A DNA stretch of 64,000 nt from Octopus sinensis (Eukaryota), in NCBI RefSeq assembly GCF_006345805.1, contig NC_042998.1, forward strand, positions 165,044,001 through 165,108,000. Direction: 5' to 3'. The position numbers and the translations under genes were made by a program. Each line of letters begins with the position of its first letter. Within the stretch, counting starts at the first letter, position 1. The notes below the pieces were generated by a model. It did no database searches and was not told the DNA's origin. It worked only from the letters and a program-made list of their open reading frames with translations. Below are positions 12,400 to 26,598 of this stretch, piece by piece.

Positions 12400-14330
12400 G
12401 GAGAGTAGACAGGAGTCGTCTGTATGTAGTTCAGTGGCTAAAATTTAGGCTGTTAGCTGCGTAGCTTCCTCATGATAAGTGGCAGAATGAATTTTGTGCG
12501 TGAATAGTTATTTGTGTATGTTCTCTGTTAAAGTTTGTTAAGTCTTGATTTGTACTTTTATATGAAAGAATTTTCCTTGTTTATCTGTGCTTCATCTGTG
12601 GTATTCGCTAAACTTACGTAGAGTGAGAAGATCAGGAATTTGGGGGACTTATTTTTTTGCACATGCGCCTGTGTCCACTCAGTAGAATCTGTTTCGTACT
12701 GGCGTCTCGTATTTGTTGTCGGTGAATGGCCAGTTTCTTTTTTAGAGTAAGCTTTGACTGACCTATGTAATTTTCATTACATCCTTGACATTTGATAGCG
12801 ACTATTAAATTCCTTAAAGAACTTGTAAAGTGATTTTTTTAATGGTAAAAGTCTGTCCGGATTTGAATTTGTATGTTGCGTCTTCAAGATTGATGCAGCT
12901 TCCGCAGTTGGGGCGGCTATACATTTTGACTGTTGGTGTAAGAATTGTGGGAGCTAATTTAGCACTTGTGAGGAATTTTTTCGGTGACTTTCATTGTCTT
13001 TTACTTTTGATTATTTTGTTTACTTCGAATGCTTGTTTCATTCTTGGGTCTTGTACTTAATTTATCGACCCCGTACGAATGAAAGGCAAAGTCGACCTCG
13101 GCAGAATTTGAACTCACAACGTAACGGCAGACGAAATACCGCTAAGCATTTCGCCCGGTGTGCTAACGGTTCTGCCAGCTCGCAACCTTATATAAAGTTC
13201 TCCATAACTTCTATGTGTTCCGAGGTGCTTCTTCCTTGCCACTTCGTCTACATAGTTATAAGTCTTTAATTCAGACTGAATGCTTTATGCATTGGCGTTG
13301 GTGTTTGTCAGATCGATAATAAATCTTATGCAGATGGTAGCATTTAGTGAAAATCTCAGATCCAGAATTCAGAAGGATGGTGGAATCTTAGATTTAAAAA
13401 AAAACCTGATTCTTTTGGCTATAGAAAGTCTGAGCTTCTTTGACCTATTAGAAATATATTCGAAATTTAACAAACGGACGTACAAAAATCATTTATTTGT
13501 ATACCGCAGTTTTGATTAATTCAATTTTTCAATCTTCCAGGGTAAACATTTTATATTTGCTCTCATAAACACCCTTCTGTTGTTGAACAAATCATTTGTT
13601 TCCTGATGTATTTCTTTGGCAAGTTTTAATTTTCTTCAATGCAGAAGAGGACCGATCTTCAGAGGCAGTTATAGAAGGAATTGTCAAAATCGAATTGTAA
13701 TATTTGAAGTGATCTGTCACAAATCTAATAAGTTCATTGATGTAAATATAATGCATTAAATTACTCACACTTCGCTTTTGAAATTCTTCCATTGAATACG
13801 TATCATTTAATTCACTAAAAGAAATGTAAAAACAAAGAAAAAATTCCATAAGTAGTTTTTAATGAATTTAAAACTACTACTGGAAATATTTTGCAATCCT
13901 TCTTAGAGTATCACTATTGCTCTTATCTTAGAGAAGAATAGCTGAATGCGTTGTGGAAATTGTGAACATCTCTGCGTGAGGAGATACAAGAATCCTCCAA
14001 AACTGCTACGCCATTAAGTAAAAAATATATAGTTTGAATCCTGTTAGATTCAATGTAGGATAAATCCTGCGCTGGCGATACCCAGGGAGAGGAACAGATA
14101 CTCAAAGCTCTTCTCCAGACAATTAAATTGTCTTTTCCTTAATGACATATCAGTTATGGAGAATTGTTGATTGAGTTCATCTTCTCTTGCCATTTGCAAT
14201 CAACTGCAATTTTCAAGAAACATTTATTTATTCTTCTCACGAAGTGCAGTGATTTAAAAGAAAAAAACATTAATTTATCTTGTATGATACTTGATATACT
14301 TTTATTTATGTTTCCGTCATACACACACGC
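12400..14330 (-). mobile_element. Decayed Penelope-like element (Neptune-like), RT plus GIY-YIG endonuclease
   Basis: The minus strand gives RPNCGSCINL...FKFKSGQTFTIK...NLIVAIKCQGCNENYIGQSK...CAKNKSPKFLIF...KENSFI*KYKSRLN at 12540-12960. Decayed RT-like segments lie at 13270-14330. Confidence 0.7.
13052..13190 (-). mobile_element. SINE family A nested in the PLE
   Basis: Family A head and central motif. Confidence 0.9.
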
Positions 14331-14495
14331 ACACACACAGACACAGACACATACACACTACATACATACACACACTACATAATCGGCTGCAAATTTGCAA
14401 AAATGACCAAAGCTGTAAGTTTCATACATCGCATTTATTACCACTCCCTACATATACATACATACACACTGTATATACACACACACCCATCCACC

Positions 14496-14571
<76 letters not shown>

Positions 14572-15208
14572 AACTCTCAGCATATATCCAAATCTAAAGA
14601 AGAGAGAAAATGAAACTCTCTGTTATTTGAAACTACTGAATTTTGGAATTCTTGGATTATAAAAGCATACAGAACTTATTTTATCCTTCACGAAACGGAT
14701 ACAGTTGAACTCCATGTTATACTGAAACTAATCCGAAAGAAGAAATCTGCAGTCGACTTTATTGAGACTAAAGCATACAGCGTTAAATGAGGCCAGAAAA
14801 TATTGTAAGACATTTTATTCTTTTACAACGCTCTACAGTCTCTGCAACACACCAGATCATTAATCTTTTGCAACTAGCAGAACGTTGTTGTATTTTGGGA
14901 GGTCATTTTACGAATAAAAACTCACGTACTGTTTGTATTTCACTTCTTTTTATTTGTAGTAATCAAGTATAATTCCTCAGGAGCCAGCTTTACGCTTCAT
15001 CTCTCCAGGGTTGATAAAATAAGTACTTGTCAAGAACTAAGGTCTATTTTATTGACTAGCCCCTTTCATCAATATTGCTGTATCTTGTGCCAAAATTAGC
15101 AAGAAATATTATATGTCAGATAGTTAACTAATTAACCAATTAACTAACTTCAATAGCCATTCAATCAACCAACCAATCAATCAATTAATTAATCTATCAA
15201 TCAATCAG

Positions 15209-15240
<32 letters not shown>

Positions 15241-15639
15241 CCAATCAGTGAAGTGGTTTACCAAAGTCCTTTCGTCCAATACCATTCGCGACCTCATCTG
15301 TGACATAACCTTATTAGTCTAAGAATGAATTTTACTATATTTCAAAAAACAATACCCATACTACAACATGCGACATTTCAGTTTCATAGATGGTGGGGGT
15401 GGGAGCCGGTAAATCAATATCAGTCATATCCTTGTGATTTAATTCAATCACTCTCATTAGCCCGTCCCCTATCTCCGAATGCGGAAATATAACTAGAGAT
15501 CAATATGAGCAAAATATTGTTTCAAATTAAAAGACATTCTATTTCGTGAGCAAATTGTACGTTATATGTTCTAAATGCTATCAAGATGAAAATGGTATTG
15601 GTGATGATGAGATAACAAGGGGTGGGTAATGGTGATGGC

Positions 15640-15775
15640 TATAATGATGATGATGATGATGATGAGGAGGAGGAGGAGGAGGACTGGGATCTTCATCGTG
15701 TAGTGATGGATGTTTTCGTAAGCGTAATGCACATGAAAACTTAGGGTAGTATAAAATTCGCTGATAATTTAATTC

Positions 15776-15811
<36 letters not shown>

Positions 15812-15812
15812 C

Positions 15813-15855
<43 letters not shown>

Positions 15856-16151
15856 TAGTAGTAGAAGTAGTAGTAGTAGCTGGTGCTATTGTCGTGCTTT
15901 CAGTACCAAAAGTAATAGTAATAGTAGATGTTCTTGTTTTTACTGTTTCTGAAGCCCAGATCAATCCACACTGACAAGCAGAACTGAGATAAACGCCGTT
16001 CCAGTCGTTACCCGCCTATCTTTTCAGACTACATCATACAATAGGCCATTTTTCTAAAATAAAAAAAAAGCAATAGGTTGAGCGCTATTTCAGAAATATG
16101 TTTGGCTGATATTTCTAGCAGGTTGAGTGACCTTGTAGAGACTCAATCGCC

Positions 16152-16182
<31 letters not shown>

Positions 16183-16244
16183 TCGTTCGTTCGTTCGTTC
16201 GTTCGAGAATGTTACTGATATTACGTCAACAATAGTAGCGTTGT

Positions 16245-16309
<65 letters not shown>

Positions 16310-16451
16310 CAGTAGTAGTAGTAATAGCAGCAGCAACTCATGTTGTATACACGTCCGTGGTGAGAGTAAACCTCTTTAAGAATTGACTTCAACAGATCAA
16401 CAGAACTTACAACGACGACGATGACGACGACGACGATGATGATGATGATGC

Positions 16452-16484
<33 letters not shown>

Positions 16485-16760
16485 CGACGACGATGAAAAA
16501 CGAAAATGAGACGAAGATGATGATTGAATTGATCTCAGTGATACCGATTATGGCGATGCTGTTCTTGACGATTACGACGACGATAGTGATAATGATGCTG
16601 ATGAAGGTAGTTAACGATGGCAATAAAAATTACAACGATAACAGCTATAGTCAAGAAAGGGCTATGATGTTAATGCTGCTCTTTCTGCTAATGACGGCCA
16701 TGATGATGATGATGAAGGCGACGACAAACCATGACCGAGACGATGATAATTAGAATGATA
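15640..16760. repeat. Cluster of (GAT),(GAG),(TAG),(TTCG),(CAG),(GAC) microsatellites
   Basis: Direct inspection. Confidence 0.9.
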
Positions 16761-19229
16761 TTGATGACTGCAACTGAAAATATCGTAAGGAATAAAGAAA
16801 GTATGTAAAAATAAATAGAAAGAAAGAAAAGAGAAAAAGAAAGACAGAAAGGAATAAAAAAAACCCTAACTCTTTATCCACACTGTCTATGCAATTTGGA
16901 CAACCTGATTGGTTGTATTAGCATCATGAACATGCTAAATGAAGTCACTATGACAACAACTTCAGTCATCTTCGCAAGCTTCACCCATCACTTCCATCAT
17001 CGGAGGTATATTTTATCTGTTTGGCTAATTTACATGAATGCCCGGTTGAACATAAGAGAGAAAGGAGCAAAATAACCAATAAATGAATAAAAAAATGAAA
17101 ATAAGAAATTAAAAATAAAAAAAAATTAAAAAATCAGCAATAGCTTTCGTTTTTTAAAAATATTACCCAATATCTATTGCAATCGGAAGTCTCAAATCTG
17201 CCTTTTCCTTCAGTAAATATTTGTCCATATAATTAATGTCTTTTCTTACACACACACACACAGATACACACACGCACACATATATTGATTTGGCTACACA
17301 CAGACACACATAATGATGGACTTTCCCGTCGAAGACGACGTATGAGTATTTATTTTTTGCTAGATGACCTGCACAACTGATTCATTTATAGCGATCAAAT
17401 ATATGTGCTGTACATTACTTCACTCCATCCATCAAATCGATTTTGCCTGTACAAAGGAACAAATGTACCTCACGTCAGATGTTGAAATGGTCGCAGAGCA
17501 ACGTTAATGTAGTGTTTTTCTCTAGTACTACACAACCCTAACCCTAGCGATTATGAGTGCAACGCCCAAACCACTAGACCACGCGCCTAGTGGTTTGAGT
17601 TATATATATAAATGTATGTATGTATATATATATATACACACACATATATACATATACATACATATACACATATATAAACATACATATATATAAATATATA
17701 CATACATACACACACACATATATATATATGGATCAAAGAGTTTGATCCATACATGTAACTCAATAAATGCGTCGACTCTCCTTCTTTCGTCTGTCTGCTC
17801 TCAATATTTATTACAATGAAAAATGCGGACGTATGGAGGTTAATGATCTTAAGTTATTAAAACTGGAAAAGTACTGGACAAGTTATTACACCTGGAAAAG
17901 TACAGAACAAGCTTATTTATACTTAAAATATTGCAGCTATAGTTGTCATTTTAAAATATATTTAAAAACCAAAAATAATGAATTTTATTAGTTACTCTAT
18001 TATTCAAAAATAACTAAAATAATAAATTTAAGATTAAATGTTAGCAAAATTTTTAAACATTTCAATAGCCCCATTAAAAATGTTTCGATTACAAGTTTTT
18101 AAGGACTACTAACAGTTCTTTAGTATTCAATTGAAGTTCCTTTTTTGCTCCTCTTTTTGGCACACTATAATTTATTGATAAAGACACCGCAAGGTGATTC
18201 AAATTCGATTTCCCCCTTACTCTTCCCATTTGCACTTAACTTATTTTTACGTAACCTTGAATTTTGTTGAGAAATGATTGAGTGACAAGGCTTTGAAGAG
18301 ATTGAGAGTGAGTAAATGTCGGCCTTAAGAAGATTATTCAACCATGGTAGTGGCTGATATATATATATATTTTTAAAATTAGGGAAAATCAATTCCAGTG
18401 CCACAGGAATGAGAATTCAAATTTAAAATATTAAATTGAATTACTCTCAATACTTAATTCATATCTATCAAAATAGTGTAATAGTATTAGTGATAGAAAC
18501 CCCCACAACTTCATCAACTGCAAACGGTATTAACTCAACCAAGCCATAAAATATTAAATATTATACTTATTATTTATATTCATAATCCCAAAATTTTCCA
18601 TATTACGGACTACACGTGTTTCATGAGAGTACGTATGATATTGTTAAGACAAAGTCTCATTCAAAAACTCATTATGTTTACGCACTCCCAATCGTCAGGT
18701 CTACTTTCCCCACATTTATAACTATAAATACTCCTTATATATCACTATGTTTGTCAAAATTAATAACGAGTATACAAGTATAAATAAGTAAATAAATAAG
18801 TTCATGAACCTTATAAATTTAAGTCATAAAAATTTAAGGAGTAAAAACGGATATGAAATACGACTAAAAAATACGAATAAAAATACGAAAAAATTAAAGT
18901 AAAATAAAAAATAAAAATAGAATGTAAAAAGTAAAAATTTATATATATGTGTAAATGTGATTGTGTGTGAGCTTGCGTTTGTATATGCGTGTATCTATGT
19001 ACATACATACATAATACATACATACAAATATACATACATATATATACATGAATGCTTGTTTGTATGTTATTGCTGTTGATGCTTTTGTTGATTCTTTGTA
19101 CGCTATTCCAGTTGATAGTATTGTAAGTAGTGCTTGAAGAAGAAATGATCATAAATATGATTCTAAAGACGGCGACGATGTTGACGATGGTGATAATGAT
19201 GACAACTGCAAGAAAAATGACTATGAACA

Positions 19230-19575
19230 TGATCAGGATGAGTGTATTGATTCATTTATTGACAATTCAAGCAATATGTAGTAACTTTGATAAATTATAT
19301 ACAACTTGTGTGACTGGTCCTATTGGTGCTTTCGACATTTTGGAATAAGTTAAAAGAAATATTTTCTCGATAGCGGAAAAACAATATTACATTTGTATGG
19401 GCCAATATGGCTGATTGCCCATACTTCAATCTCCTTTTAATGGAAGCTAATATAGAAATGCTCAAAGTCGCTGAAAATATGTCAGAAAGGGTTTAAAATA
19501 TAGAAGAAAAATGATTCAAAAATCTCACACATTGCCAAGTGGGCGAAATTATATTCTGTTGAAGAAGCGGTAAGA
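19230..19575 (+). pseudogene. Possible highly decayed hAT transposase C-terminal dimerisation segment
   Basis: FDILE*VKRN..., ANIEMLKVAENMSER and LTHCQVGEIIFC loosely recall DILxWWK..., SxERxFSxAG and LxPxxVxxLIF. Weak evidence. Confidence 0.25.
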
Positions 19576-20540
19576 TTATTATTAATAAAAGAATAAATAA
19601 AAAAAAAAGAGAAAAGGGAAAAATAGATATAGTTCGATAATCAGAAATATGACAAGAGAATTATAGAAAAAGTAACGATAGATGTATTCATCATAAGCAA
19701 AACTTCGAATTTTCGTTAAAATTGTTGCTGCAAGAAAATGGTGGACTCCACCTCTTTTCTTAACCAAATTGATAAAAAAAAATGAAAAAATAAAAAAGAC
19801 TAATAAAATACTTAAAATTTATTTTGGGTGATGGAAAAACCATCTTTATCTTGTACCATATACGTAAACCTTATTGTTCTTGCTGATATGGATTGTTTTT
19901 TAGCCACAGGTTAACTGTGTTCCAGTAGATCAAAGACATTCCAGTTATACTCAACCAATTTTTTCTTCCGTTTTCTTTTCTGACATTGTGTATGTAACAC
20001 TACAGTATCCAATATATCCTTGTCTAAAACAGCATAATGTGAAATGAAGTAGCTTTGGCTGGTGCTTTTAGCGGATGAAGCAACGAATTAGAAGTTCCAT
20101 CATTGGCATCCTAAATTTATCTTGCATAGATACGTTGATGCTAATATATTTAATACACAGAGTATTAAAAGCTATCTAGATGTACGTATGCACTCAGGAA
20201 TAAAATAACACACTAGTTAGAATAACATCTAATCGATACAACTTTCCATATATTTGAAGTGCATTCTGACTTAGGCTACAAGATAAAATCAAAATTTGAA
20301 CGAATTAAAATGAAATGGTTCCGAATATAGAAACTAATGACAATAAAAAACATGAATTTAGGAACTTCGTATTTACATAGCTATTTAAGATATTGGTTTC
20401 TTCTATGAAAAATTTTATCTCTTTCCATTTAGGACGCATTCAGACAAGATTAGAGAAGAATAAGTTGAATTTCTGATAGCAATACACGCCGAATGATTGG
20501 GTAATTGGTATTGCAGTTGCTTTTAAGAGCCTCTTTTTTT

Positions 20541-20870
20541 TATGGCTCTACTGGCACTCCGTCGGTTGCGACGACGAATGTTCCAGTTGATCCGATAAAC
20601 AGAACAGCCTGCTCGTGAAATTTACGTGCAAGTGGCTGAGTACACCATTGACACGCGTACCCGGAACCTAGTTCTGAGTGAGAGTCAACGTGAGACAGGA
20701 TGTGAGAAGGCTGGCCCTGTGAATTACTGGTACTACTCATTTTTGCCAGCTGAGTGGACTGGAGCATCGTGAAATAAAGTGTCTTACTCAAGGACACAAG
20801 GGGCTGCTGGGAATCGAACTCAAGACCTTATGATAGTGAGCCGTATACCCTAACCACTAAGCTACACGCC
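20541..20870 (-). mobile_element. tRNA-derived SINE, family C, full length
   Basis: Head GGCGTGTAGCTTAGTGGTTAGGG...GAGTTCGATTCC, central CTTGAGTAAGACAC...CCAGTCCACTCAGCTGGCAAAAATGAGTA, tail ending ...CAACCGACGGAGTGCC. Confidence 0.85.
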
Positions 20871-21174
20871 AACATATTTTTAATGGCTACATTAGCGAAG
20901 AAGGGTAGATGCCATGATTTATTCCAAGGTTTTCAAGGTTGGTGGAGAAAGAAGAGACAAGCTTATTTCTTGATAGAGCAGGACGCAAGATGAATGCGTC
21001 AAGATGTATTATCATAATTTCAAAGGTATAGACTGAATGAAGGAAAGCAAGGCAGCAGTGTAAAACAAAGTGATAGATTATGAATTCATGTGTAAGAGAC
21101 CAAGAATTCAAACATGGAATTATTGACTCCCTTTATGAAACGATTTTCAAGAACTGCTCGATATACCTATTTAG

Positions 21175-21300
21175 ACATCACGTGGTCACGTGACCGACCA
21201 GGCTATCAGATGTTCTTACACATCGTTGGCAACTATGCGCTTTTACAATGTTTTAACCTTCAAATGATGCCACTCCGTTGGCTAGGCGAGCAGGCCAAAA
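21175..21300. repeat. Dispersed repeat (second copy 45522-45640)
   Basis: CACGTGACCGACCAG..ATCAGATG...CCGCTGGCTAAGCGAGCAGGCCAA is shared between the two loci. Confidence 0.75.
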
Positions 21301-21309
21301 AATCTCCCT

Positions 21310-21720
21310 GATCAAAGATGAACTAGAGCAATGTGAAATAAATTGTTTTGTTCAAGAACGCACTGCGCCACCCAGTCAGGGAATCGAACCCACGATCTAG
21401 CTATCTATCATGCAACAACCTAGCCACTAGGCCACGCACCTTCACCATTTAGATATACAATATTTAGACATACGATATTAAATTGTCCTATCGTTATATT
21501 TTCTATAATCCTCTCGTCATATTCGTGATTATCAAGCTATCTTTTATATTTAACTTGTTTCAGTCATTAGAATGTGGCCATGCTGGAGCAACGCCTTACA
21601 GAATTTTTGTCGAATGAATCAACTCCAGTACTTATTTTTTAAAAACCTGCTATATATTGTATCAGTTTCTTTTGCCGAACTGCTAAGTGATAGCAGTTCG
21701 GCAAAACCACATACTCACAC
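21310..21720 (-). mobile_element. SINE fragments (family C head 21310-21440; family B 3' part 21540-21720)
   Basis: GGAATCGAACCC..CCACTAGGCCACGCACC and TTTCAGTCATT..TGGCCATGCTGGAGC motifs. Confidence 0.7.
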
Positions 21721-21759
21721 TGAAGACTTTGCTTTGTCCTTTTTATATATTTGTTTAGA

Positions 21760-22245
21760 CAGGTTCTTTCACTCCCATCATACATGCTATAGACTTCCAT
21801 CTTTTACGAAACACACTTTGCGACAGGCATTTCCTCTCCAGCCTTATTTTCCGTTTCATGTGGAAAACGAAAAAGTCGATTAGCTCGAGACTGGAGATGA
21901 ACATGCCTGTTGCAATTCCTTTCACTCTCGTCTTCCATACTATCTCTTTCGCAATATCAACTACCGAGAGAAAACAAACTTGCTCCTCCCTATTCAGGGA
22001 GGTCGGTAGAATTATCTTAATTACAGATTAGCTCGACAGTTGTACTCTTCTCGAATGCGACAGCAGGTGTTCGACATAAGCCCAGAGCTCAGTCACCTTG
22101 GAGCATTGCACAATCGCGTGCAGGACAGTGTCACTGTCCTGCTCGCATCTTGCACAAACCGGCGAAGGCGCACACCTATGTCTAATGAGCTTATCTCGAA
22201 CCGGTAAAGCTCCTCTGTAACATTGCCAGGCCAGAGACTTGTCGG
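21760..22245 (-). mobile_element. L1/Tx1-clade LINE ORF2 3' end
   Basis: A non-ATG frame reads KSLAWQCYRGALPVRDKLIRH...CARCEQDSDTVLHAIVQCSKVTELWAYVE...AKEIVWKTR...KRKIRLERKCLSQSVFRKRW with a single internal stop. It contains the C-terminal CCHC zinc-binding motif. Confidence 0.85.
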
Positions 22246-22317
22246 CTACCTAAGGAACACGAACACACATTTTCTGTCAGCACAATTCTGTCAGCACGCC
22301 GCTTTACATAGGAAGTT

Positions 22318-22630
22318 ATAAATATTGATTTAAAATTCTGGTACACGGCCAGCAATTCCGGAGGAGTAGGTAAATCGGTTACATCAACCCCAGTGTTCAA
22401 CTGTTACTTATTTTATTGATCCTCAAAAGATGAAAGACGAAGTCAACCTTGGCGGAACGCAAAGACGGACTAAATGTGGCTAAGCATTTTGCCCGGCGCG
22501 CTAATTATTCTGCCAACTAGTTACCTTATATAAAGCTATAAATGTCAGTTCTAAATTTTGCACAAGGCCAGCATTTTCTGGTGGAGTGGGGGGGGGGGTA
22601 TGCCAATTACATCGGCCCCATTGCTCAATT
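22318..22630 (-). mobile_element. SINE family A plus second partial copy
   Basis: Family A motifs, diverged. Confidence 0.75.
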
Positions 22631-22708
22631 GAAAAGCCGCTAAGCATTTAGATGTTTTTTCGTCGTTTTTGTTACTCGCGCTCTCTTTTTCTTTCTTTCT
22701 TTCTTTCT

Positions 22709-22801
<93 letters not shown>

Positions 22802-23336
22802 AACGTAAAGCTCGCCGCCTCAAATAAAAAGCTATGAATATTAGCACGTAAAATATTGGGTTAAAAATCCCTTTGGATTGAAAGAATTCGAAGGCCGCCT
22901 ATGGGGAGCGAAACCAAATCTTCTGTGAACATCACAGATGCACTACTATTATACGTCTTTCGTCCAATGTGATATTTAATCAATATTCCACATGCTATTA
23001 TTTATAATTTTATCTACTTCGAGTCCTATTGTTAAAACGATGCATTTCATATCTCACGAAGTTTCTAAGTTGTTATGGTGTAAACAAATGAATGTCCGTT
23101 TTGTCAACTAACATGTGTCTTGAAGTACATGGTGTGGGCTATAAATAAGACAACAATACTTTATTTTCATATACATGAACTCGAAATATAATCAACAATT
23201 ATTTTTTTCTTTTTCCTGTTTATTTCCTTCTTTCAGTTTACCCTTTAGGTATTTTTTAATGTCAATGAATTTGAATTCAGATTATTATAAACAACTCTAA
23301 ATTTGCATTCAAATATCCAATTTTAATCTAAGTTTT

Positions 23337-23712
23337 GAGTGGCTGAGTGGTAAGAAGCTTGCTTACCAACCACATGATTCCGGATTCAGCTCCACTGCGT
23401 TGCACATTGGGCAAGTGTCTTCCGCTATAGCCTCAGGCCGACCAAAGTGATTGTGAGTGAATTTGGTAGACGGAAACTAGAAGAAGCCCGTCGTATATAT
23501 AGATGTATATTTGTGTGTCTCTGTGTTTGTCCCCCCACCACCACCATCGCTTGACAACCGATGTTGGTGTGTTTACTTCCCCGTAACTTAGCGGTTCGGC
23601 AAAGGAAACCGATAGAATAAATACTAGGTTTACAAAGAATAAGTCCTGGGGTTGATTTGTTCGACTGAAGGCGGTGCTCCACCAAGGCTGCAGTCAAATG
23701 ACTGAAATAAGG
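23337..23712 (+). mobile_element. tRNA-derived CORE-like SINE, family B, full length
   Basis: GGCTGAGTGGTAAGAAGC (A box), GGATTCAGCTCC (B box) and CORE-like TTGGGCAAGTGTCTT, then an internal microsatellite and a tail ending GCAGTCAAATGACTGAAA. Comparable to octopus OR-type CORE-SINEs (from memory). Confidence 0.9.
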
Positions 23713-24374
23713 GTAACACTAAAAGAAATAATACTAAATTTAGTATACATACACACATACGCACACACTCTCACAAATCTCTACTCAGAGATAAAATCAG
23801 ATGCATATTTTTCATCATACGAGTTTTCTTCAGTCTACGAGATAGATATCAGAATTATTAGTTATTTTCTTTAGAAAGCGCTTGACAGACGCTCTATTTA
23901 TAATTTGTATAAACACAGCCTTTTGAGCGTTATACGCCTCTCACTTATTTGAAGATTATTAATATTTTTAATTATATTTTATCTCTTGTTTTGAATTCGT
24001 TTTACTTACTTCTTCTCATTCATTAGAATACTATCGCTAAATAGAATTAATCATTTAGTACTTTAAGCGAAGAAAATTTATAAATGTGTGAGAGTGAAAC
24101 TTCGAAAAATATAAATATTATTTTGACTTTGCAGTCCGTGTTATCTTTTATTCAGTGCATTTTATGTGTACTCAAGATGATAAATACATACAATGAATGA
24201 TTATAAATGCGTGCGCAACCCTGTCTTTGCTGAGGTTTATGTTTACGGTGCAAACAACAATGTTTTTGATGTTAGTGCTGCTAATAATAGGTGCTGCTTA
24301 TTCGCTGTGCCGTAACTGAATTGGTGAATGAAAATCTTTTTCTTGGCTACATAAAGAAAAAAACTGAACAGTAA

Positions 24375-24605
24375 ACGTATAACAGAAAGTTTTATTGTCG
24401 CACATAAAGACAATTTGCGTTGGCCATTTACAGTAAACGACAGTCATAATTACAGACTGAGAGAGGGAGAGATACTGCTCTGAGATTGCAGAAAGCTATT
24501 TGTACGGTGACATGCTGTTTTCCCAACGTGTCTGAAATCAACTGCACTCTCTTCGTGGTGACGCAGGTCCTGGGTCATCAATTCTAGCCCATCATCGTTG
24601 GCTGT
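24375..24605 (-). other. Candidate terminal exon of an unidentified minus-strand transcript
   Basis: Acceptor TTTGTCTTCATTCTTACTTGGCAG at 24606. A phase-0 open frame of 51 codons ends in TAA (24450-24452). AATAAA lies at 24391-24396 with a U-rich element downstream. Confidence 0.4.
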
Positions 24606-25024
24606 CTGCCAAGTAAGAATGAAGACAAATGTCACTCAGTTGCCTCAACATTCTGCAAAGAGTTTAGTTACCAAAGTGGTCTTTTAGAGGGTACAAAAAG
24701 AAGATTCTAGAAGATTAAATCACGCTGGCTGGTTGTTTAATAAGCCAATCACATGAAACGTAAACCAGATGTCACTGGTTTACTAAGTGTCCGGTGGTCT
24801 ACTTTTAATTTATACATTAATTCAATACATTTTTACGCCTGTTGGAATATTAAACAATATCTAATTGTATCGTAATTAAGCACCTGTTGACTAAATGATG
24901 TAGTCTGAATATAAGGTAAAACACGTAAGAGTAGTGAATAAATGCATGAATTTATCCCCAGACATGTTGTTTCTGTATGCCACTGTATTCAGGCAATCGA
25001 AGGATAAGCACAACAGAATATTAT

Positions 25025-25515
25025 CTTTTATCTTTTACTTGTTACCGTCATTAAACTGCGGCCATGCAGGGGCATCTGCTTTAAAGAGATTTGGTCGGAT
25101 ATATCGACCCCAGCATTTATATTTTCAAAGCATGCTACTTTATTCTATTAGACTCTTTCGCCGAAACGCTATTTTACAGGAAGGTCTAGCCGGGGTGAGG
25201 AACAAATTCGGATACAAAGATAATAATCTAACACGCGTAAAAATGTATTGAATAGACGTATGAATTTATCTCCTCTCCCCGTATCTCTCGTCCTATGTGT
25301 GCGTGTGTGTGTGTGTGTGTGTGAGAGAGAGAAAATATATCCATACACACGCACGCACATACACACTCCCACTCAACCGGCTTCTTTCAGTTTCCGTTCA
25401 CAAATCCACTCACAAGGCTTTTGTTAGCCTGGGGCTATAGTAGAAGCCACTTGCCCAAGGTGTCCTGCAGTTGGACTGGATCCAAAACCATGTGGTTGTG
25501 GAGAAAGCTTCTTAC
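25025..25515 (-). mobile_element. SINE family B (5' part 25370-25515, 3' part 25025-25200)
   Basis: CACTTGCCCAAGGTG..AAGCTTCTTACCAC and GCGGCCATGC motifs. Confidence 0.8.
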
Positions 25516-25703
25516 CACATACCCATTCTGTTTCTCTGAGCAGGGGTATCCTTCGAGCTATAAAAGAATATACGGAATTCTAAACTTTGGTTGTATGTTA
25601 TGCTGTGTATATTAAATAAGTGTGTTTGTTTGTTCTATGTAAAATAGAACATTAAAATGATAAAACATTAAATGAAAGAGCGCTCAATACATTCAAATAG
25701 GTT

Positions 25704-26420
25704 AAGGCGGCGAACTGGCAGAAACGTTAGCACGCCAGGAGAAATGCTTAGTGTATTTCATCTGCTGCTACGTTCTGAGTTCAAATTCCGCCGGGGTCGA
25801 CTTTGCCTTTCATCCTTTCGGGGTCGATAAATTAAGTACCAGTTACGCACTGGGGTCGATATAATCGACTTAATCCGTTTGTCTGTCCTTGTTTGTCCCC
25901 TCTACATTTAACCCCTTGTGGGCAATAAAGAAATAAGAATAGTTAACACGCCGGGTGAAATGCTTAGCCGCATTCGTCCGTCTACGTTCTGAGTTGAAAT
26001 TTCGCTGAGGCCGACTTTGCCTTTCATCCTTTCCAAGTCGATAAAATAAGTACTATTTGAGTACAGGGGTTGATGCAATGGACTTAATCACTCACCTAAA
26101 TTGCTGGCCTTGTGCCAAAAGATAAAATCAATATATATTTAAATAGATTACCACGCTGGGCGAAATGTAATCGACTTATATCCGCCCCCGGAATTACTGG
26201 CCTTGTGCTAAAATTTGAAATTATTATATTTAAATAGATTAAGGCGGTGCGCTGGCAGATTTATTAGCGCGGCTGGCGAAATGTTTAGCAATATTTCGTC
26301 TGTTTTTACGTTTTGGGTCGATAAAATAAGTATCAGTTGAACTCTAAGTTTGATATAATTGAGTCATCCACCTCCTTGAAATGGCTGGCCTCGTGCCGAA
26401 ATGTGAAATCAGTGTATTTA
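25704..26420 (+). mobile_element. Cluster of 3-4 tandem SINE family A copies
   Basis: Repeated heads at ~25705, ~25940 and ~26240; the first copy is near consensus. Confidence 0.9.
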
Positions 26421-26501
26421 AATAGAATATAAAATTCATTTTTACAAAGATGACGTTGATGCAATTTTTTACGTAACGGTTTATTTATGTAAATTGAGAG
26501 A

Positions 26502-26536
<35 letters not shown>

Positions 26537-26546
26537 AGAAAGAAAG

Positions 26547-26598
<52 letters not shown>

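Noticed and set aside
12445-12480. Hammerhead relic at the end of the Neptune-like PLE (CATGAGGA-AGCT..AGC-TAAC)
   Set aside because: Both core segments are mutated and stems I and III are not recoverable; position is suggestive only.
17533-17550. AACCCTAACCCTAG telomere-like repeat
   Set aside because: Only two units, inside a SINE remnant.
24520-24550. SAVDFRHVG as a CRIB motif or amidated neuropeptide
   Set aside because: Lacks the ISxP and second His of CRIB, and has no dibasic cleavage context.
25704-25800. tRNA-like heads of SINEs as tRNA genes
   Set aside because: A/B boxes are present, but the heads continue into SINE bodies and I found no complete cloverleaf.
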